Source: Psammoneis japonica
Lineage: Eukaryota
Reading direction: 5' to 3'
NCBI GenBank assembly: GCA_008632985.1
Contig: QPGO01000016.1
Span: 158,840 to 222,839 of the forward strand
Length of the DNA: 64,000 nucleotides
This document shows, piece by piece, positions 36,332-51,071 of this stretch. The notes below the pieces were generated by a model. It was given only the letters and a program-made list of their open reading frames with translations, searched no databases and was not told the origin of the DNA. The translations under genes and the position numbers were made by a program. The stretch's first letter is position 1. Every line of letters begins with the position of its first letter.

Positions 36332-37471
36332 CTATTTCATTTCCACGACGACCTTGCCATGAGCGTGACCGCTACCAAGAATTTCAAAGGCTTTCTGAAC
36401 ACCCTTTTGCGTAAATGGCAGTGGCGCCGAGGGATCCAACGGAACCTTGAGTGTTCCCTCCTCCATGTGTTTGAGAACCTTTGCACGCCGATTGTTTTCA
36501 TCCGTGGGAAGCACCGATTGAAANATGACTCCCGCCAAAAAGCCAAGTATACAAGGGTCGCATGGGCAAACGAGCAAAAAACTTGATAGCCTTCCACCAC
36601 GTGTCGGCGTCGGGCACGGGCTCATCCCCCGTGATTGCGACAAAGCGGCCTCCGTTGCGTCTTGTTTTCAAAACGAAATGTGCCTTGTCTGTAAAGTTAC
36701 CACCCCCGACCGTATCAATAATGACATCAAATTTGTTTTCTTGGTATTCCTTGATTTGCCACCAATCGGGTTTTTCCCGGTAATCAATCACCACGTCGGC
36801 ACCCAGCTTTTTGCATAAATCGTCTTGTGTCGACGTGGTTACCACAAGCGATGCTTTGGAAACCTTTTTCACAAGTGTAATGGCGGACGAGCCTACACCA
36901 CCGCTACCACCTAAAATCAAGACACGATCGCCCTGGTTCACATACTCGGAGGCTTGAAGTGACGTGACGGCACTCGAACAAGCGGCGGCATCTATTATGG
37001 GTACAGCTGTCGGTTTTAAAACCGGCATTGTCGTGTGAACCTTCATGAATTCTGCCATACCTCCGATAGGATCCAATCCATTGGTTGCCACTACTACATC
37101 TCCTTTCTGAAAGAAGAAAATAAATGAACAAGGAATTTCGTTAGCAAATGCTAAAAGCCGACGCTTCACAAAAATCATCACGATTTTTTTTTTATTTCTC
37201 TCACCTTAAATTTCGAAACACTCGAATCTACTTCTTCCACAATACCACAAATATCCATTCCAGGTACATAAGGAAATTTGCTTGGATGCATAAAAATAGC
37301 ATTGCCACGAAGCATCATGGCGTCGCCTGGAGAAATCGAGCACGCTTGTACCCGCACAATCATTTCATTTTTCTTGGCCTGGGGTTTCTCGACGCCGTCT
37401 TGGAACGTCAAGGCATTTTCGTCAAATTCTTTCAGGTCTGGAACAAATTTGTGAACGTAAATGGCCTTCAT
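36332..37471 (-). CDS. MDR-family NAD(P)-dependent quinone oxidoreductase-like protein (RTN4IP1-like), two exons
   Basis: PYVPGMDICG, RVLILGGSGGVGS, LGADVVIDY, FDVIIDTVGG, GHAHGKVVV. Intron 37107-37204. Apparent frameshift near the N at 36524. Confidence 0.9.
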
Positions 37472-38102
37472 GATTGTGAAGGGGGTGTTGTTTTTGATGT
37501 CGCTGTTGGGAAATTGTGAGAGTGTCGGATCATCGTGGATCTTTTCTCGTCACGTTCCTCGTTGTTCTTGCGTAGGGTCCAGTATAACGACTACAGGGGG
37601 TTATCACTCTCCTTAAGTAACTTCCGTTGGTGTTACAGTCTGTTTAGGAAGCTGACATGTTGAGTTTTCGTTGTATTCGAATTCGAATATACATATGAAA
37701 TTTCGATTTTTGGCGGCAACGAGCAGTGGCGCAACGCACGAGGGCGCAAAAAAGAACGCGCGACCAACACGACAGCGGCGGCTTCAAGATCGACGACGTC
37801 GGGACCTGTTTCATTCTTTAGTTGCCGGTACTGAGAAGTGTTCTTGTCGCTACAAACGCGATTTGGAACACTGCTTACGCTTGTTTTGACTGTAGTAACG
37901 ATCTGAACGTCTCAGTCTTCCTCCACGGTTTATTCCCGTAACGTGAAACGTGGCATATCGAATACATAGTACCCGACTTAATTGAACGGTATTTCTGGCC
38001 TCCTTCGCGGTGCATGCCTAAGAATTGAAACGTGGCGAATCGACTACGTACTGTGTCGTGCTTGTCACTTGCTGGTTCTTCTTTGAAATCCTCTACTAAA
38101 TC

Positions 38103-40737
38103 ATGGCTTCTTCGCACAGCAGCGACAAGCCCGACGACGCCAATGAGGAAGCATCAGCTCCTGCCGCTCGCCCTCGTATCTACTCGGAAGAAGACGAAGA
38201 AATTCGGGTCGCCAAGGCCATGGCGTTGGCGATACAGAACAATCCCAATATGACTCCGGATGAGTTGCGCCAACTCACGGCGGATCTGCAAGCGACGGAT
38301 CACCTCGAGATGCTTACCGGTAATGAGGCTGCTGGCGGAGGAGGAGCAGCAGCAGCGTCAAAAGAGCAGCCAGCGGAGCATGCGGAAAGGCACAAGAAAC
38401 GCATGTCTGTCGCAGCCAAGGAATTTCGTGACAAGGCAAAGGAAAAGTTTACAAACATTGTTCCTTTGAAATCCTTTGACGAGAGCGACCCTGCCAAGTC
38501 CAAGGAGAAAATCAAGTCTCCAACAACTTCCAAGGACAAAGCGTCAACCTCCAAGGACTCGCCGACTTCCAAGGAAAAGACTACTACAACAGCCAAGGGC
38601 AAAACGACCCCCTCCAAGGAAAAGAAGGCTCCCCTTTCTCCGAAACGCCCCTTTTCTAGGAGTGTCAATGCACCGCATTCGCCACCCATGGGCATTACGG
38701 TTCCGGCCTTGCAAGACGAAAACGTGTCGGATCCCAAGATTCGCCTTGCCGCCATTCTTTGGAAACGGCGATCGGGATTTGGAAAGTTGTCTTCCAAGAA
38801 TGCATGGGAACGTCGTCGTGTCGTGTTGGTGGGAACCAAGGTTTCCTACTTTAAGAGTCTCGGCGAAGTTGCGACAGACGATAGTTCCGACGACGAAGCC
38901 ACAACTCCAAATGAAGGCTCTGCTGGTCGCAGAGCGAGCACTTGGTTTGAACATGCCAAGGATAATCTCGAAAAGGCCAAGGACAATATTGAAAAAGCCA
39001 AGGACAATATCACCGGCATTGCACCCCGCGGATCACTCGATCTCGTCAAGGAACAGGCTGTCATTTGTGCCACGACGGGTCACTCGGGCGCACCGTCTCC
39101 CTTTTGCATCAGCATCAAGGTGCGGAACGAAACCAAGTGGAAGTTTTGTTTTGATTCGCATGCGGTGCAAATGGAGTGGCTCGCGGCCTTGACGGATGTG
39201 GTGGTGACGTGCAGTGTCGATGCGTACAATGCCGCGCTTGTGAGCAAGGCCGATCCGACCCACGACACCACGGCGGGACTCTTGTTTAACGCACCCACCG
39301 AACAAGAGCCCGAACACGACTCTTCGACGGGACACCGGCTGTGGATGATGGAAAAGTATACAATTACGTCTCAAACCGGATTTGGTGATGATGATATCGG
39401 GGACGAAGAGGAAGACACTAACAGTGAGGACTTTGACTCGGATGACGAGATTGATTTGGACACTACGGGTCGAGGCGTGGATGTGCTGACCAAGTCGTCT
39501 TCCAGTGTCCCTTCGGCTTATGGAGGATTTTCTCTTCAGGGTAATAATCTTACCATGATGACTATTCTCGTCAACATTTCACTGTTTTATTCCCGCGCGT
39601 CCTCCACGGGAATTGACAATTTCTGGACCACTGTCACGTTGGTGAACTTTGCGCTTTGGATGCTGGTGACAAAGAGTTCCGATCTAGATGCAATTCCTTC
39701 CAACACGAGAAGCTTGCCGTCAGCGGCTTCAGTCCCCAAGGCAATTGCAAAGCAAAAGTCTGCCAAGGTGGCAAGTGTGAAATCCGTAAAGGTCGCTCCC
39801 GGCTTTAAGCCACGTGCAGGAACAACGACTATGCGTATTGAAAACACCACCGACGTTCCCACCAATGCGGATGGTCACATTTTTGGTGGATGGCGTACAC
39901 CGGACGCTTCGAGTCTCATGGTACGCTCGCACGGGTACCTTGTCAGCAAGGAAAAGGTCCCATCACCGGGGCAGCTCTACACGCTGGCGCATGCTGACAT
40001 TTTTGAGTCTCGCAATCAGTTTCGAGACATGTCCGAGCGTGTCATTTTACCAAAGGTGGACTTTCCCGACGACGGCGCCTCGAAAACGTGGCATGCGCCC
40101 GATGTGTTTGTGATTAGCGTGGCCCTTCCCACGGATCCACCCAAAATGGGCCGCTCGTCGGACGACGGCGGTGGTTTTACAATCACAATGTACTACACCA
40201 TGACCAAGGAAACGCGTGAGATTCTCAAACGAGTGACGGCTCCGGATACGATGAGTCGTCAGAAGAAAAGGTGGATGATATTCAAAAGAGCACCGTAACG
40301 GGGTAAAGCTGTTTAACGATTGGTGTCGCAGGGCGCCCACGGACCCCAAGTTTCAGGGCCGTTTCAAGCTTGTCGCGGCTTCGCAGAACTTGAAAGAAAT
40401 CGGTATGCCCAATTGGATTGCCAAATACAATGGGAAACCCGTCTTGATCAAGCGTTCTGGAACAACTGGATTCTTGTACAACCACCCGGAACTAAATGCC
40501 ATGGAGTTTGACATTTCGTTCCATCCGTTCCCCTACCTGGCCAAACAAGCCATTTGCTACATGAAGGACAACTTCTTCAAGAAAGTATTGGTTACGTTTG
40601 GGTTTTGTATTGAAGGTCGAGCTGATGATGAACTTCCCGAGTGCTTGATTGGACTAATGCAACTATGCTACCCAGATCCTAAGTATGCGATCCAAGCGGA
40701 AGACTTTTTTGCCGGAACAAGCCCAAAGTCGTACTAG
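38103..40737 (+). CDS. PH-domain protein with membrane-associated segment and C-terminal EDR2-like DUF1336 domain
   Basis: LWKRRSGFG..AWERRRVVL..QMEWLAAL (PH); MVRSHGYL..KEKVPS, YNGKPVLI, GFCIEGRADDELPECLIG (DUF1336). Two 1-bp frameshifts near 40245 and 40297. Confidence 0.85.
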
Positions 40738-41171
40738 CCTTGTAGAATGACAACACCCTCGCGGGAATTATTTGTAGTGCAATTTTGTGATGTGACGTTT
40801 CGATTATTAATAAATGGCCAGAGCCTTTAGTGGGTACGTACTTTTAATGATTGGTAATGGAGCGGATTCTACCTGCCTTAGCTTACATTAGAGCTGCCGA
40901 TTTGGGCTAAGCATGTGCTTAGGGCATGCTTAGACTTTACATGCTCGCCAAGTAGCTTGAAGCTCAATAGCTAGGGCCCTACTCTTCGATGAGCTCGCTT
41001 CGAAGCTCGCTTCTTCCACGTCCTTGCTTGCTTGCTTGCTTTTCGTTGCCATGCGCCTGTCCTTCTGTCATGCGGAAATCTTCTGACGGCACATATCCCA
41101 ATGATGACGTGTCACGTTGAAGATCCGACCCTCATTCTTTTTTCACATTTTTTCAAAAACAAGTCGCGACG

Positions 41172-42301
41172 ATGACGATGAGCGGCCGCAACCATGTACT
41201 TTTCGTGTATTTTTCAATGGCATTGGCTCTGAGTGAGGCCTTTGTTGGTCACAACCCCTCAATTTTTCCAAGAAAATTGATGGAACTATCATCGTCGACT
41301 CCTTCGATAGACGCTGCCATGGGTCAACCGACCGAGTTGCCCGATTCGTTGGATGACGCTGCCGTGATTGCGGCCGAAGCAAGTGCGGCGTTTGCACAAG
41401 CCAGCGGACCCGCAAGCCGATGCCGTGTTGATTTTGATACCAGTGTTGGTGATGAAACGTATACCATGCTCAAATCGTCTACCGAGTTTATGCAAAAGTT
41501 TGTTTCTGCGCTCTGTTACTCCATGATTCCGGGGTTGCAGGCCGCCGACAAGACGAAATGATGAGAGTAGCCAAGGCACGGTCCGAGTTGACAGAGATAC
41601 AAAATATGGAAGAAGAGGAAGTTACAGACGAAATAAAAGCCAAGAAAGAGGAACTCATCAAAGTAATTACGGAAGGTGGTGTCGATCCAGAAAATCGTGA
41701 GTGGACTGGGCCAAAGGCTCGCATTTACTTCCCGGATGAGGGCAGCGCAGCCTTGGCACGGAGAGATTGGCTGGGACCTGCTGATCAAGCTCAGGTTCCT
41801 CCTTGTGTAGAATTTTCTTCTTGTGGTGGTGTGCAAGTTGCAGATGTTTCCAACGACATGCTTGTATTCTTCTTTTGTCCGCGTGCTTCGGAAAGCGATT
41901 CGGTAGAGGAGCTGTTGCAGAAATCGGAAGAGAAGTCAGCTAATTTGCAGCTCACAGTAATGGTGAACCCCTTATTGGTGGATATGGGTGTGACGGGCTT
42001 TGGCATGGCGGGACGTTTGTTGCGGGAACGACTCATTGATAATCTTGTCAACACGTATTACTTGCGGACACTGGCGTGGGGCGCCTTGACTCGAACGTGG
42101 CCCCGTTCGTTTTCAGTCTGGCAAGAAGACGCCGATGCAGAAGGTGGATACAAGCTAATTCAGAATCTTAACCAGCTGCCTTCGAACCCCGAGGTGGAAG
42201 ACATTTACGACATGGTGAATGGAAACAAGGATGCACCGCAAGAGGGACTTGGTGTCCTGAATGCTTTGGGTGACTTTGTTAACGGAATGATGAAACTATA
42301 G
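41172..42301 (+). CDS. Plastid-targeted DUF1995 (LPA3-like) protein
   Basis: Signal peptide ending SEA|F (ASAFAP-type); [38 protein letters not shown]. Frameshift near 41545. Confidence 0.8.
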
Positions 42302-42902
42302 ACAAATGATTGAAAGAATATTTTGATTTTTTAGACCCGCTCTGGGTTGCTGTACCGGTAAAGAGATAGTGCTATCTACGCACTACAGCGAAGCGTGTGA
42401 CCGATAGTTTGATAACACGCATCAAGACGGCGAGATCGTAAGCGAGACTGACCCCCTTGCCTGGGCCAGAGCATTCTCGTATTTCAGCGAGAATCAGACC
42501 AAAACACGAAAGTGAAGTGTGAGTTTCAGTTTAACATCAACTCTTGTCCACCTGCTTCTCGCCACCGAAACGGTCACACAACAGTCTCAATGTGCCTTAA
42601 ATCGTAGAGAAAGATCCTAGACTCAGAGAAACACAGCAATCTGTATTGGTCAGATTTTCTATAAAGACTCACGATGGGAAAAGCATCTGGCGGACATTGG
42701 TCGTCATAGCGCACATGGAAGATTTCCATCTCATGATACGAGCATAACAATGCCTCGGGATTGTAAATAAAGCTTCTTCCAATTTTCTTAATCCTCGACC
42801 AACCTTAATGGTGAATCGCTCTCTTTTATGCTTACCTTACCATCTTGAATTCAAGCCTTCTGTGACGTAGAAATTCTCAAGCCAAACCAAACAAACTCAA
42901 AC

Positions 42903-44718
42903 TCAGTTCTTCTTGTACAAAGCATACGAATTGTACTGAACCGCACCCGTTTCCACTGAGCGCTCGTGGAGAAAAGGCAGGTAGAGTACTCGATGCAGAA
43001 AGGAAGTTCGAGATGCATCGAGATATGGGAACTCAGCAACCTTGTCCCATGTTGATGATCCCTGTTGCATGAACTCGAGACATTCTTCTTGTTTTCGCTC
43101 TTCGGCCGACGTTACAGATAGCTCCACAACAAAAGAACAGTCCTCAATAGATTTGACATAACGATCTGCCTCTTCCAGATTCTGATCGTTGAATACTCCG
43201 CCCAAAGCTAAACTCTCTGGCTTTGACCCAAACTCGGTAAATGGATGGGGAAGTTGTCCTCCAAAACTCGAGGGAAGAAATGCCAACTCGTGACTGGGTG
43301 GAAGGTAGTAGCTTGAAGGAAACCGATACCATTCTCCGCAAGTACAGACAAGCGCTGATTCCTCTTCTTGAGCATGCTGTTGCAATTCTGCGTAGACTGC
43401 CAGTGGCGCCGTGTAGTACCGGGAAAGCGCGGCTGTTCTCGATAATGCCAAAAGGCAGCACGGCACACACAACAGAATGCACCATGCAAGCTTTGGCAGT
43501 TTCAAAACGCTCTTTTTCGTCCCAGATACAATATCCCAGGTACAACTAATTGTTACAGCCGCTCCGAGACATAGGAGGGGATAAACTGGAAATAGAAAGC
43601 GTTCTTCCTTGTGAGGTCGAGGTACAACAATGGCTAGCCACAATATCAGCGGGGCAAATGTCACCATCAAGGACGTTTTTAGGTCAGAATTTCCATCCTT
43701 CTTTCGCCAAAGTAAAACCAAGAGCGGGGATGGAAGTGCTAATAAGGCAACGTAGTTGAAGTTTAGAAGCAAGTTCTTGATGTAGTATGAAGTAGGTTCA
43801 ACTCCATACAACTCATCCCCGCCTCCTTTTGTGTTGTACACAAAGATGTTGTAGACGGGAGATACCCATCTTCCATAGTAGTGACGATCCACAACCATCA
43901 CAATGCCTTGGACTATACATGTCCATAAAATTGTAATCCCAAGAAATCTGGAGAAGGTTCGCTCTGCAATGTGATGGTGCAAGACGTGCAAACCCATTGG
44001 AACAAAAAGCACCGCACCAAAGGGCCAACCCACCGATAGAGACGCCACCACTGCGCAAGCCATGGTACCAACGTGATTGCCATTCCACCAACAAGCCACA
44101 GCACACATAAATAGCATTAGAACGGTGGAAGAGGGTAAATAGGCTGGAGCGGCGTGACACATTCCAGCACTCGTAACCAAAAGTAGACAAGTTACTTCTG
44201 CTACTTGAGGAAGTTTCTTTGCGAGAGCTCTACAAAACAACAGCTCCGAACATGCCATGATACCTCCTAATGTTGATCGTAAGCAACAAAAGGTCCATAC
44301 CTTTGGAGACAGGATTGGGTGGCTCACCAAGAGTTGAGACACTAGATTCACCGTGTTGCTAGGGAGCACCGAGTAAAGGTACTCATAGATCCGTGACACA
44401 CCGAGCATGGGTACGAGGTAGGCATAAGTTCGCAGTGCATACTGAGATGCATATTCCCATGTTTGCATCCCACTGAAAAAAAAGAGAACAATGATTGTCA
44501 GCAGTATCTTCGAGAGCATCAATTCACAGTGCAAATAAGCGTTCGTCCTCAGCGCTAAGTGCTACTTACGTTCCGTGATGTAAAAAGTGAAGCGGTTCCC
44601 AATAGTTGTATACCTCATCACAATCCATAATTGGCATTCGATTTGCCATTGAAAGGCGCCATGCCACATACACAACACCGGCATAGCCCCACCAAGACGG
44701 CGTTGGATCCGACGCCAT
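42903..44718 (-). CDS. ALG9: Alpha-1,2-mannosyltransferase (GT22), two exons
   Basis: PIMDCDEVYNYWEPLHF in exon 1; GMQTWEYA..YALR, ELYGVEP, PHKEERFLFPVYP, GEWYRFPSSY, FNDQNLEE..RY. Intron ~44474-44569. Confidence 0.93.
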
Positions 44719-45057
44719 GGTCTCGCTTCTCGCTGATGCTCTTCCACAAAAATGCTCGATGCTCGATGCTCGTGAATTGCGGTGAATGAAGGACGGACGG
44801 GCACAAGAGCAACCTGATGCTTGACTGTATTTAAGGGAAAATGACCAATTGAATGACTATGACCGCGATGTTGACATTGTTGCAGTCGTGCAACAACAGG
44901 AACCGAACAAACTCAGAACAAAAAGCGCAGGGTAGAAAAATCTCACAAACATGTTTATTACAACTCACTTCATATGAATGATGGAATCACAGTGATTTTT
45001 CATGACCAGAGTTTGCCTTTGACGCCATCCTGCATTATTACAAAGTAGCTCTTGTCG

Positions 45058-47379
45058 ATGAATGGAATGTGTTGTTTCGTTGTTACCCGTGTGTTGGCGG
45101 TTTTCGTGATTCTTCCAGCAGTCACATACGTTATGGCGCAGCCATATCACCTGTTGACTACGAACGATCTTCCTCCGCGCAATGATAAGGCGGCGGCAGG
45201 GAATCCGCTAAAGGGCTTCGTGACAAGCCCTCTTTGGAGCGACCCGAAAGATCAAAGACAGATATACCAGCTTCTCTAGACTTTTACTACGTCGGACTAA
45301 ACACGGTAATGAAGAATTATGACACGTTTGACTGGAGTAAGTGCTCCATGTTTTGACCCAAAGAAATCATTCTGCAGATCTGATCACGTGCTCGCTTGCA
45401 ATAGCATATTTGAATAAATTGCTGGATGACTCAGCCAGCCGAAACCGCCATGCAATCCTACGTTTCATCCTCGACTACCCCAAGACAGCCAACTACGTGC
45501 CACAGTTTCTTCTCGATGAAGGGTTGAAAATGCAACCTTACACGGACTTTGGGGGTGGGAATTCACCCGACTACAAGAGTCCGTTGCTCATGAACGCCCT
45601 CCAACAGTTCATTGAGGCATTTGGGTCGCAATTCGATGGGGATTCTCGAATTGGGTTCATTCAGGCTGGGCTTTTAGGCTTCTGGGGAGATGGCATACAT
45701 ATCCACACAGTACATGGATTACTGACGAAGCTAAAGATTCCGTCGTTTCGTGGTATCGGAATTCATTTAAAAGGACCCCGATACAAACTAGAGTACCTTG
45801 GCCTGCCGCAGTTACTGCCGGCTTTGGCCTGCACGACGACTCGTTTGCCCACTCCACCTTATCTGATACAACAGATTGGTTCTTCTGGCGCAAGGTACAA
45901 CTTGCTCAGTACACTGGTTTTTGGCAAAGCAATGTTATGGGTGGGGAACTCCGTCCAGATCTACAGGCGATCGCATTTTCAGATGCTTTTCCAGGCGCTG
46001 ACAACAAGTTTGAGCAAGATTTCAGTCTTTGTGTAGATACAACACATGCGACGTACATGCTCAACAATCACGCCTTTGCTCCGTGGCTTGGATATACTGG
46101 CTCTGACTTAGAGAGAGCGAAGATCGCCTCCAATCACATGGGATACTCATTCCTAGTTACAAGGGTAGAGGTTGCATCTGCGCCAAATGGACTTGTCGAC
46201 ATCTCGGTGGAGATCACTCAGACTGGTGTTGCCCCATTCTATTATCCTCTCGCGTTGTCACTGTCCTGCTATGGCTCAGACACAAAGACAATCAATGGTG
46301 TGGAGAGAATTATCGGAGAAGGTGATTCGAAGACATTTGAATTCATTGGAGTGAACCCCACACCGGAGTGCTTGGAAGCAGTTACCCTCAAATTGAGCTC
46401 AAAACACGAGTACCCTGGCAATCAGGTCAAGTTCGCCCAAGGAACTGATGGAACTGTTGAGCTAAACATCCCCCCTCCACCGTCCCCTTCCTCCAACTCT
46501 CCAGACGCCTTTATGGAATCATTCGTCGCTCGCGTAAATGACCAGTGGGCGACACTACCTCTCAAGGAAACGTACCAGACGCCTGTTGCGGTCTGCAGTG
46601 TTCGATACGAGGGAAGTCGCATGCGTCCTGCAGTCGTACGCATGAGGAACGTTGCGTCAAGATCGATTGAGGTTCGACTACAGAATCCGCGTGGCAAATC
46701 CTTACTCTACCGAGATATCCATTGCATTGTTGTGGAGTCAGGATCATGGTCCATGCCCGACGGACGGAAGATTGAAGCACGGCATTTTACAAGCTCCATC
46801 ACAGACTCCAAGACGTCTTGGGTCGGTGAACGTCAAAAGAACCTATTGGGACATGCCACGCGGCGACCAGTAGTTTTGGGGCAAGTCATGACCACCAACG
46901 ACAGTAGCTGGTCGGTCTTTTGGTGCCGGGGCGTATCAAGGAAACGTCCTCCCAAGGCGAAGTCCTTTTTCGCTGGGAAACATGTTGGCGAAGACAACAA
47001 CAAGACAAGAGCATCAGAGACTATAGGATACGTTGTGATTGACAAAGGGCACAATGTTTTAGAAAAAGCAAATATCGAATACGAAGTCGGCATCAGTAAA
47101 GATTCTGTCCGCGGTTATAAAAATGGAGGACCACACCGTTACACCAGTCTTCAATATGCCAAACCATTTGATGCTACACCAGATGTCACCATTGTTACTC
47201 AGGCAGGCATGGATGGTACTGATGGAAGCTGGGCCGTTTCATGGGGTACTCAATCCTCGACAAGTCTGAACTGCACCGTCGACGAGGATCAAATTTCCGA
47301 CCGTGAAAGGAGGCACCCGACAGAACAGGTGGCATATTTTGTGCTATCAAAGTCGGGTTCCATACCACTAAGCAGATGA
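45058..47379 (+). CDS. Secreted DUF4832-type putative glycoside-hydrolase-fold protein with extra C-terminal beta-rich domain; paralog 1
   Basis: Signal peptide; GNPLKGF, ILRFILDYP, FDGDSRIGFIQAGLLGFWG(E)WH, GLHDDSF, MGGELRP, MGY, GVAPFYY. Intron 45337-45404. Frameshifts near 45260 and 45688. Confidence 0.78.
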
Positions 47380-49200
47380 AAACATGTGTGTGATCACGAG
47401 GACCAGTCGCCTTGGCTCTCAAAACCACTGCCCAATGCCGTTGGTCTGAGGCTCCAACTCCTCACAGATTAACTCGATCACATTATCACAGAATAACTGT
47501 TTGGACCCATTTCTACGGAATCTTTCTCATCATCATACATGTCATCCAAAACTTGAATATTGCTAAATGCCTCACTCCCTAGCTGGCCCCTAACCCAAAC
47601 CCGAAACACTAAACTCATCTGTCCAAAACTGTTTGATCTAATTGCTAGGATGTAGAACTGGCAAGTGGAGTGTGCATCGTGGATTCCCATCTTTGGCTTG
47701 GTCTGTGAATGACAGGCACAAGTTGGTCAGAGGCATCTTTTTACAGTGCCCATCTCCATTACTCTGTGGGCAAGTCAAACCATAAATCCATGCTGTTCAG
47801 CTCCAGGAATGGCCATCGTTGTCTTCCAGCACACAGCTCTCACATTTCCATTGCCACCACAACCACAAAGCCCGGCAAGACTTGGCCCAAATCCTGCAGT
47901 GGAGAAGTGTGTTTGCTGCACCCACATCTGGCTTCACTTGCCACTGTGCAAAGATGTTTTCTTTAACTCTGCCCATTGTCTTGCAAATGCATTTTGGCTC
48001 TGTGAACCTTTTTTCACTCCAGCTTTGTGTCATCAACATTGGCAAACACAGTGCACAACAAGACCTTGTGCATGGGGTGGCAAATGCATGGCATCCAGTC
48101 AAAGCAGTGTGCTGGTCCACACCAATGCTGTGCTTCCAAATCTGCCTCACTTGGAGGAAGTCATTTCAAAGGTTAAAAAAGGGTTGACAAGTTGGGCCAT
48201 TTGGCTGCTTGTTTGCAGGCTCCGGTCTCTCAATGTGTTGTCATCAGGCACTTTGCAGCAATTTTGTCTTCAGCACCTGTGCCCCACTCAAACAATGGCT
48301 GGCTGGTCTGACCATGGTGGCTTTGCCCATGGCCATTGCTTGTCAAGGAAGAGGGCTCAAGAGCTGTGGTTTGAAGATGAGAAAGTGGCAGTGGCACAAC
48401 AGCTGTGCCAGCCAGTGCTCTTTTGTTGCTTGTTCCACATCCCAATGAGCTTGGAGAGTCTGGTGAGTCACAGTGCGAAGCAAGGCTAATGCAGCCAAGT
48501 CAAAGGGGGCAGAACACCGGGAGAAAATCACAACCCTTGACAACAAAACTTTCACTGACACCCAACCAAAAAAGCAAACAAAGAAGTTGGGTTTAGCGTG
48601 CAGCAGCTGTGGCTGTCCCGCCCCACCAGAAAATGCCAGCTGTTGGCAGCACTCTGCTGCATGTCCTTTGGACTCCAGCACGCAACTCTTCAACATGCTG
48701 TGCATTGGCTCTGCCACACTCTAATTTTTGTGCAAGTGTCTGCCACACAAAACCTTTGAAATTGACATGAAATTGAACCCAGTGACGGCTGCCCCTGCCT
48801 CTCCCCTTGAGACTGCTTTGCAAGAGCATTGCACTCATCATCAGGGTCAACACCAGGAAAGCCAAGAACCCCCCTTCCCCCTTTGCAAGGATGTCAAGGC
48901 ACTTTTGAGACCTGACCCAGTGTTGGAGCAACACAGGTGAGTGCTTTCCCTCCACAAGCTTTTTGTCTGGCTTTTCTTCTTCACCATGATCTTCTCTGAA
49001 GTTTTGGTGATGGTCTTGTCACCTTGGGCAATCACGCACTTCTCTTCCTGATGGTCAGACAATGAAAAAGGATTGCTGTGCTTCACCAAGGGCCAACCCA
49101 CAGAAGGAGGCGCAACCACCACACAAGCCATGTTGCCAACGCACTTGTCATTCCACTAACAAGCCACTTCACAGAGAAATGGCAGCAGAACGGAGGAAGA
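47380..49200. other. TpA- and CpG-depleted degenerate domain 2, origin unidentifiable
   Basis: TA and CG are both rare from ~47700 to 49150. Confidence 0.85.
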
Positions 49201-49308
49201 ATGTGAGTGGGCCGGGGCAGCGTGACTCAAACTAGGAGAAAGAAAAAGAGGAGTCTACTCTTAAGTGACAGTTTCTTTCACATGACAATCGATGGATGCC
49301 ATTGCACC

Positions 49309-51071
49309 CTACACTGTCCCATGAGACCAAGTGATGGAATGTGTGCTAGCTCCGGTCTCGGATTGAGCCTTCTTTGTCACATGAGACCATGTCATAGAAT
49401 GAATGATCGCTCCCGTCTCGGACTTATCCATCTCAGCCATACGAAACCCTGCAGTAGAATGTGAACTCGCCCCGGTCGAGGTCTCGGATTGTGAAAGCAC
49501 TTCAACTTCGGAGAAGCATCGATCTGAGCTGTTGTCACTTGCGGACATCTCGGGTTGAATCAGGTCATGTGACTCGACGTCTGCCTTGTTTGAGAGCAAA
49601 AATTCATCGAAAGATCGACCCGAGCTGCAATCGCTTGCAGACGTGTCGTGTTTGTTTTCTGGTGCCGTCTCGTTGTCAACTAGGCCCCGTGACTCGACAT
49701 CTGACTGGTTTGATTGAGAACATTCAACGTCCTCAGTAACGCAAGCAAGTGAGCGCTGGGATAGTCTCAGCATTTGTTCCAAGCCCTCCTCGGTGGAAAT
49801 GCCTCCCAATTCCTGTTGATTTCTAACCATTTCGTATCTACGACCTTTTTCACGGCGTTTCCGCAGGCGCCACATGATTACAGTGGCGCAAATCTGCAGA
49901 AAAAGGACGAAGAATCCTGCGATGCGAAGTCCGTGCCAAAAGATTGCATCTTTCGACGGTTCCTCTCCCTTATTTCTAGCGTCGAATGTTGAAGCCTCGT
50001 CCCCCACGGTCGTTGCTAGAAACTTTGCGCCAATCATGCTATCAAATTCTCCCTTTTGCATGTGTCCTTCAAAAACATCGTTGAGTCTGCCCTGCATCAG
50101 TCTCAAAGCCGTCTGATGTATCGTGTTGTTAACGTTGACTCTATCATTCATTTCACTGGCAAGCTCAATATAGCGCTGTCCAAGTTGCAATACTGAGACT
50201 GAAATGAACCATTCAGTCCACTCTAAATGTTCGAATCGAATGTTCTTTACACTGCGGCCTAACCCCTTTGCCACAATCGATGCGCCTTTTACACCCGTGG
50301 ACGATAGTTGGACTCCACTACAATAGTCAACATTGATACCTTCTTTTGTCTGAGCATAGACAACAAAATCCGTGCCATTGCAAATGACGTTCAGCACCGC
50401 ACTCAGGACGTTTCGAATAATAGTGCTGGATGGATCATGAAGCTCGTCAGCCTCTACTGGATCTGGACTCCAAAGTGAAAATTTGATATGCAACAGCCCA
50501 TCTCTATGATGACCAAAGTCGAGATTACTGGAGTTACTCGACTGAGATGGCATTGTTGTTGTCAACAAGGGGTCGACACTGGAGAGAAAGTATTACCGCT
50601 TGGGGTAGGTGTAGCACTTGGAGTGACGGGTGTAGGGCTTGGAATGATCGGTATAGAACTTGGCGCGGGTGTGGGTGCTGTGAAATTAGGGTCGATACAA
50701 TAATCTTTACCTGCCATGTCCCCGTCACCGCCACTTATACATCCCTTCACCTCCTCTTTTTTATCGCGATGAAAGCATACAAGTCCCTGCTGGCATTGAG
50801 AATCCCTATCGCAGTCAGCGGAGCAAAGCCCAAGCGGAAAATCCTTATTACGATCCGGATCGTCAGCCTCGCCAACATACTTTAGTATTGGGGTGGAAGG
50901 AGTGAGATCGATCGATCCTTCTGGTGGCACAAACACATTATCCATGCGAAGCCATCTTGCAGGATGCGAATTTGAAGAAACTGCGATTCTCCCATGGCAG
51001 AAGTGGTCGCATGTCTCGACAATTAACCAGCAGCCAACTGAGATCCACCGGAGGATACTATGAGATGCCAT
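49309..51071 (-). CDS. Single-pass membrane protein: frustulin-type Cys domain, PT-rich linker, conserved unknown ectodomain, TM, Ser-rich tail; family member 1
   Basis: PLGLCSADCDRDSQCQQGLVCFHR..VKGC..DYC; TPAPS/TPTPS linker; TM IAGFFVLFLQICATVIMW followed by RLRKRR. Frameshift near 50570. Confidence 0.75.

Noticed and set aside
40880..41040. Short palindromic and repeated motifs in intergenic DNA
   Set aside because: Too short and degenerate to call an element or a regulatory site.
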